From Takakia lepidozioides (taxonomy: Eukaryota > Plantae > Bryophyta): DNA of 64,000 nt. This document shows, one piece after another, positions 62,224 through 64,000 of this stretch. The notes beneath the pieces were generated by a model. That model did no database searches. It saw only the letters and a program-made list of their open reading frames with translations, and was not told the origin of the DNA. The stretch covers positions 15,624,001-15,688,000 of the forward strand of contig CM060733.1 of assembly GCA_030704615.1 (NCBI GenBank), read 5' to 3'. Each line of letters opens with the position of its first letter. The first letter of the stretch is position 1. The translations under genes were made by a program, and so were the position numbers.

Positions 62224-64000
62224 TTATGTATCATTAGATTTGGCACGGGCAGCCATAGACATGTGACCACAGTAGCCCGCAAACACATTTGAGTAAGATT
62301 TGGTAAGGTAAGCGAAGTTGGCGATGGGTGGTAAAGCAGCCACCCTCTCCCCTCTTTCTAGCAGAGATTGAAGGTCCAACCTCTGCAATGTCAACACAGC
62401 TCCGGACTCCCGCCAAACAAAAGCCATAACTCCATTGCTGTCCACAAATAGATCACCTGGCTTTGAACCTGGATATCTGAACCCATACCCATTGGCAATG
62501 CCTTCACCCTGAAAGGTTTGCACAATGTCAACAGCAGCTCCATCCTTGTTCGTTTCCCAAGGAAACTGCTCTGCTGAAGGCTCATTGATCTTTGCAGTGA
62601 ACATGGCTGATCCATTTGGATGCAGCACATAATGAGTGCCTTCAAGTATTTTTGTGGCAATCAAAAGCCGGCCTTCAACTGTCTCATCATAAGATAGTAA
62701 CAAAAAGAACAAAGCCTTCCCAGGTTTGTCTTCAGCAGGCTGACCAGGGGGCCAACCAAAGGTGCCACCCCAAAGTCCAGCATGCTCCCTACCCTCTTCT
62801 GGCTTCTGCTCAGGTATTTTGTAGAGAGCAAAGCGATTATCATGCATGATGGGCCATGCACGATAGAAATTCAACTTCCAGCTTGTGGCATGTAAGCGCA
62901 GACCAATGGCATCTCCTTGCTTTAAAAACTCCTGCAGCTGCAAGCGCTTAATCTCTGCGTTGCTTGCTGCACCTCCCTTTCCACAGTCTTGCACTGTATT
63001 CTTGCTCAATATCTGCTTCATCTTTGCTCTTACAAAGCGTGCAAATCCTAGTTTCTTTAAAGAATCACTCTGGCCTTTTAAATCTGATGCTGGCAAGGCA
63101 GGGGCAGAGATAGAGGCCGTCTTCCCTTTGAGTGTGGAGTCAACAGTGGCAGAGCTAGAGGGCGTCTTCCCTTTGTGTGTAGAATCGACAGTCTTCGACT
63201 CATCACCTGTCTTGCTAGCATCAGATGATTCCAGAGGGCTGCACAACTTTTTCAGAAGATCTGCAGAGTAGACACCTTTACATTGGGAGCCTGGCTGGGT
63301 GGCATTAGTATACATGCACATCAAAAGTGAGCGCCTTTCTGACATGAGCAACAATTCTTTTTTATGTATGTCATTGCTAGTGATAGTTTGCAGTTTACCA
63401 CAATGTAAATTATCTCTGGCAACGGGAAACAGGGGCCCGCTGGCAGCTTGGAGTACTTTAAGCCGGACTTGAGGAGCTAGCACCTCCAGCAGTCGCCTCC
63501 TATCCCCAAATGCTAAGCGGTGGAATGGAACAGGATCAGTAGGAGCAGCCTTAATTTTCCCTTTGCTTGCTTTAGGTGTGGCCTTGAGCTCTTCTCTTGA
63601 GGAATCATCACCGTGATCCGCCATAGCCACCAGCGGACTATTCGGGGTATCGGGAGACCCTACATAGTGTGTGAGTGGCTCTGCTTCCAAAAGTAGCACA
63701 TTGGGATCCTCCTTTGCAGCTTTAAATCGACCTGGATAACAATAGTCTTTCTCACACTCCCTGCCATGCAAAAAAAAGGCAAGGGACCCATCGCAGTGAC
63801 CAATAATCTCAAACACAGGTGCCCACAACAGACCTTTGTCCAGGCCACGCGATCCCAACTCCTGCGGGATGATGCGGCAAGCCACTACAGAAACAAAGCC
63901 CCACGTCACATACACCATGTTTCCCAGCTCTGGATTTTGATGCACCCAAATGCCCACTAGAGACCTTACCGAGTATAGGAAGCGGAACAACGCCTTGCAC
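62224..64000 (-). CDS. F-box family protein, At5g39450-like; 5' end including the F-box lies beyond the window edge
   Basis: LVGIWVHQNPELGN, LWGGTFGWPPG..EDKPGKALFFLLLSY, ATKILEGTHYVLHPNGSAMF, GEGIANGYGFRYPGSKPG, NFAYLTKSYSNVF; frame is open to position 64000. Confidence 0.88.
   Translation of the reverse strand, partial: CKALFRFLYSVRSLVGIWVHQNPELGNMVYVTWGFVSVVACRIIPQELGSRGLDKGLLWAPVFEIIGHCDGSLAFFLHGRECEKDYCYPGRFKAAKEDPNVLLLEAEPLTHYVGSPDTPNSPLVAMADHGDDSSREELKATPKASKGKIKAAPTDPVPFHRLAFGDRRRLLEVLAPQVRLKVLQAASGPLFPVARDNLHCGKLQTITSNDIHKKELLLMSERRSLLMCMYTNATQPGSQCKGVYSADLLKKLCSPLESSDASKTGDESKTVDSTHKGKTPSSSATVDSTLKGKTASISAPALPASDLKGQSDSLKKLGFARFVRAKMKQILSKNTVQDCGKGGAASNAEIKRLQLQEFLKQGDAIGLRLHATSWKLNFYRAWPIMHDNRFALYKIPEQKPEEGREHAGLWGGTFGWPPGQPAEDKPGKALFFLLLSYDETVEGRLLIATKILEGTHYVLHPNGSAMFTAKINEPSAEQFPWETNKDGAAVDIVQTFQGEGIANGYGFRYPGSKPGDLFVDSNGVMAFVWRESGAVLTLQRLDLQSLLERGERVAALPPIANFAYLTKSYSNVFAGYCGHMSMAARAKSNDT

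Overview
Eukaryotic nuclear DNA from a land plant, most likely a non-seed plant such as a bryophyte (inferred from intronless PLS-DYW PPR genes, RTE-X-like LINEs and TTTAGGG repeats). Spliced or intact genes: eIF2B-alpha (+), a CFM9-like CRM-domain protein (-), a DUF4097/FAM185A-like gene (+), a plant protein of unknown function (-), a PLS-E-DYW PPR editing factor (+), a methylesterase (-), a galectin-GT31 galactosyltransferase (+) and an At5g39450-like F-box gene running off the right edge (-). A frameshifted PPR pseudogene and an NSN1/GNL3 GTPase fragment are also present. Mobile DNA is dense: the 3' part of a Ty1/copia element with an 87-bp minisatellite in its RT, L1 fragments, about six pieces of one RTE-X-like LINE family, a second RTE-X-like LINE, a tRNA-derived SINE, and a CACTA element inside a Mutator-like element inside a satellite. 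The most notable observations are (1) a 1.76-kb palindrome of two convergent copies of an unidentified gene's 5' end, (2) a TTAA-flanked piggyBac-like element, (3) TTTAGGG repeats at a LINE 5' truncation in telomerase polarity, and (4) a GT31 enzyme with substitutions at conserved active-site residues plus a charged repeat tail. All calls were made by eye from the sequence; no searches were run.
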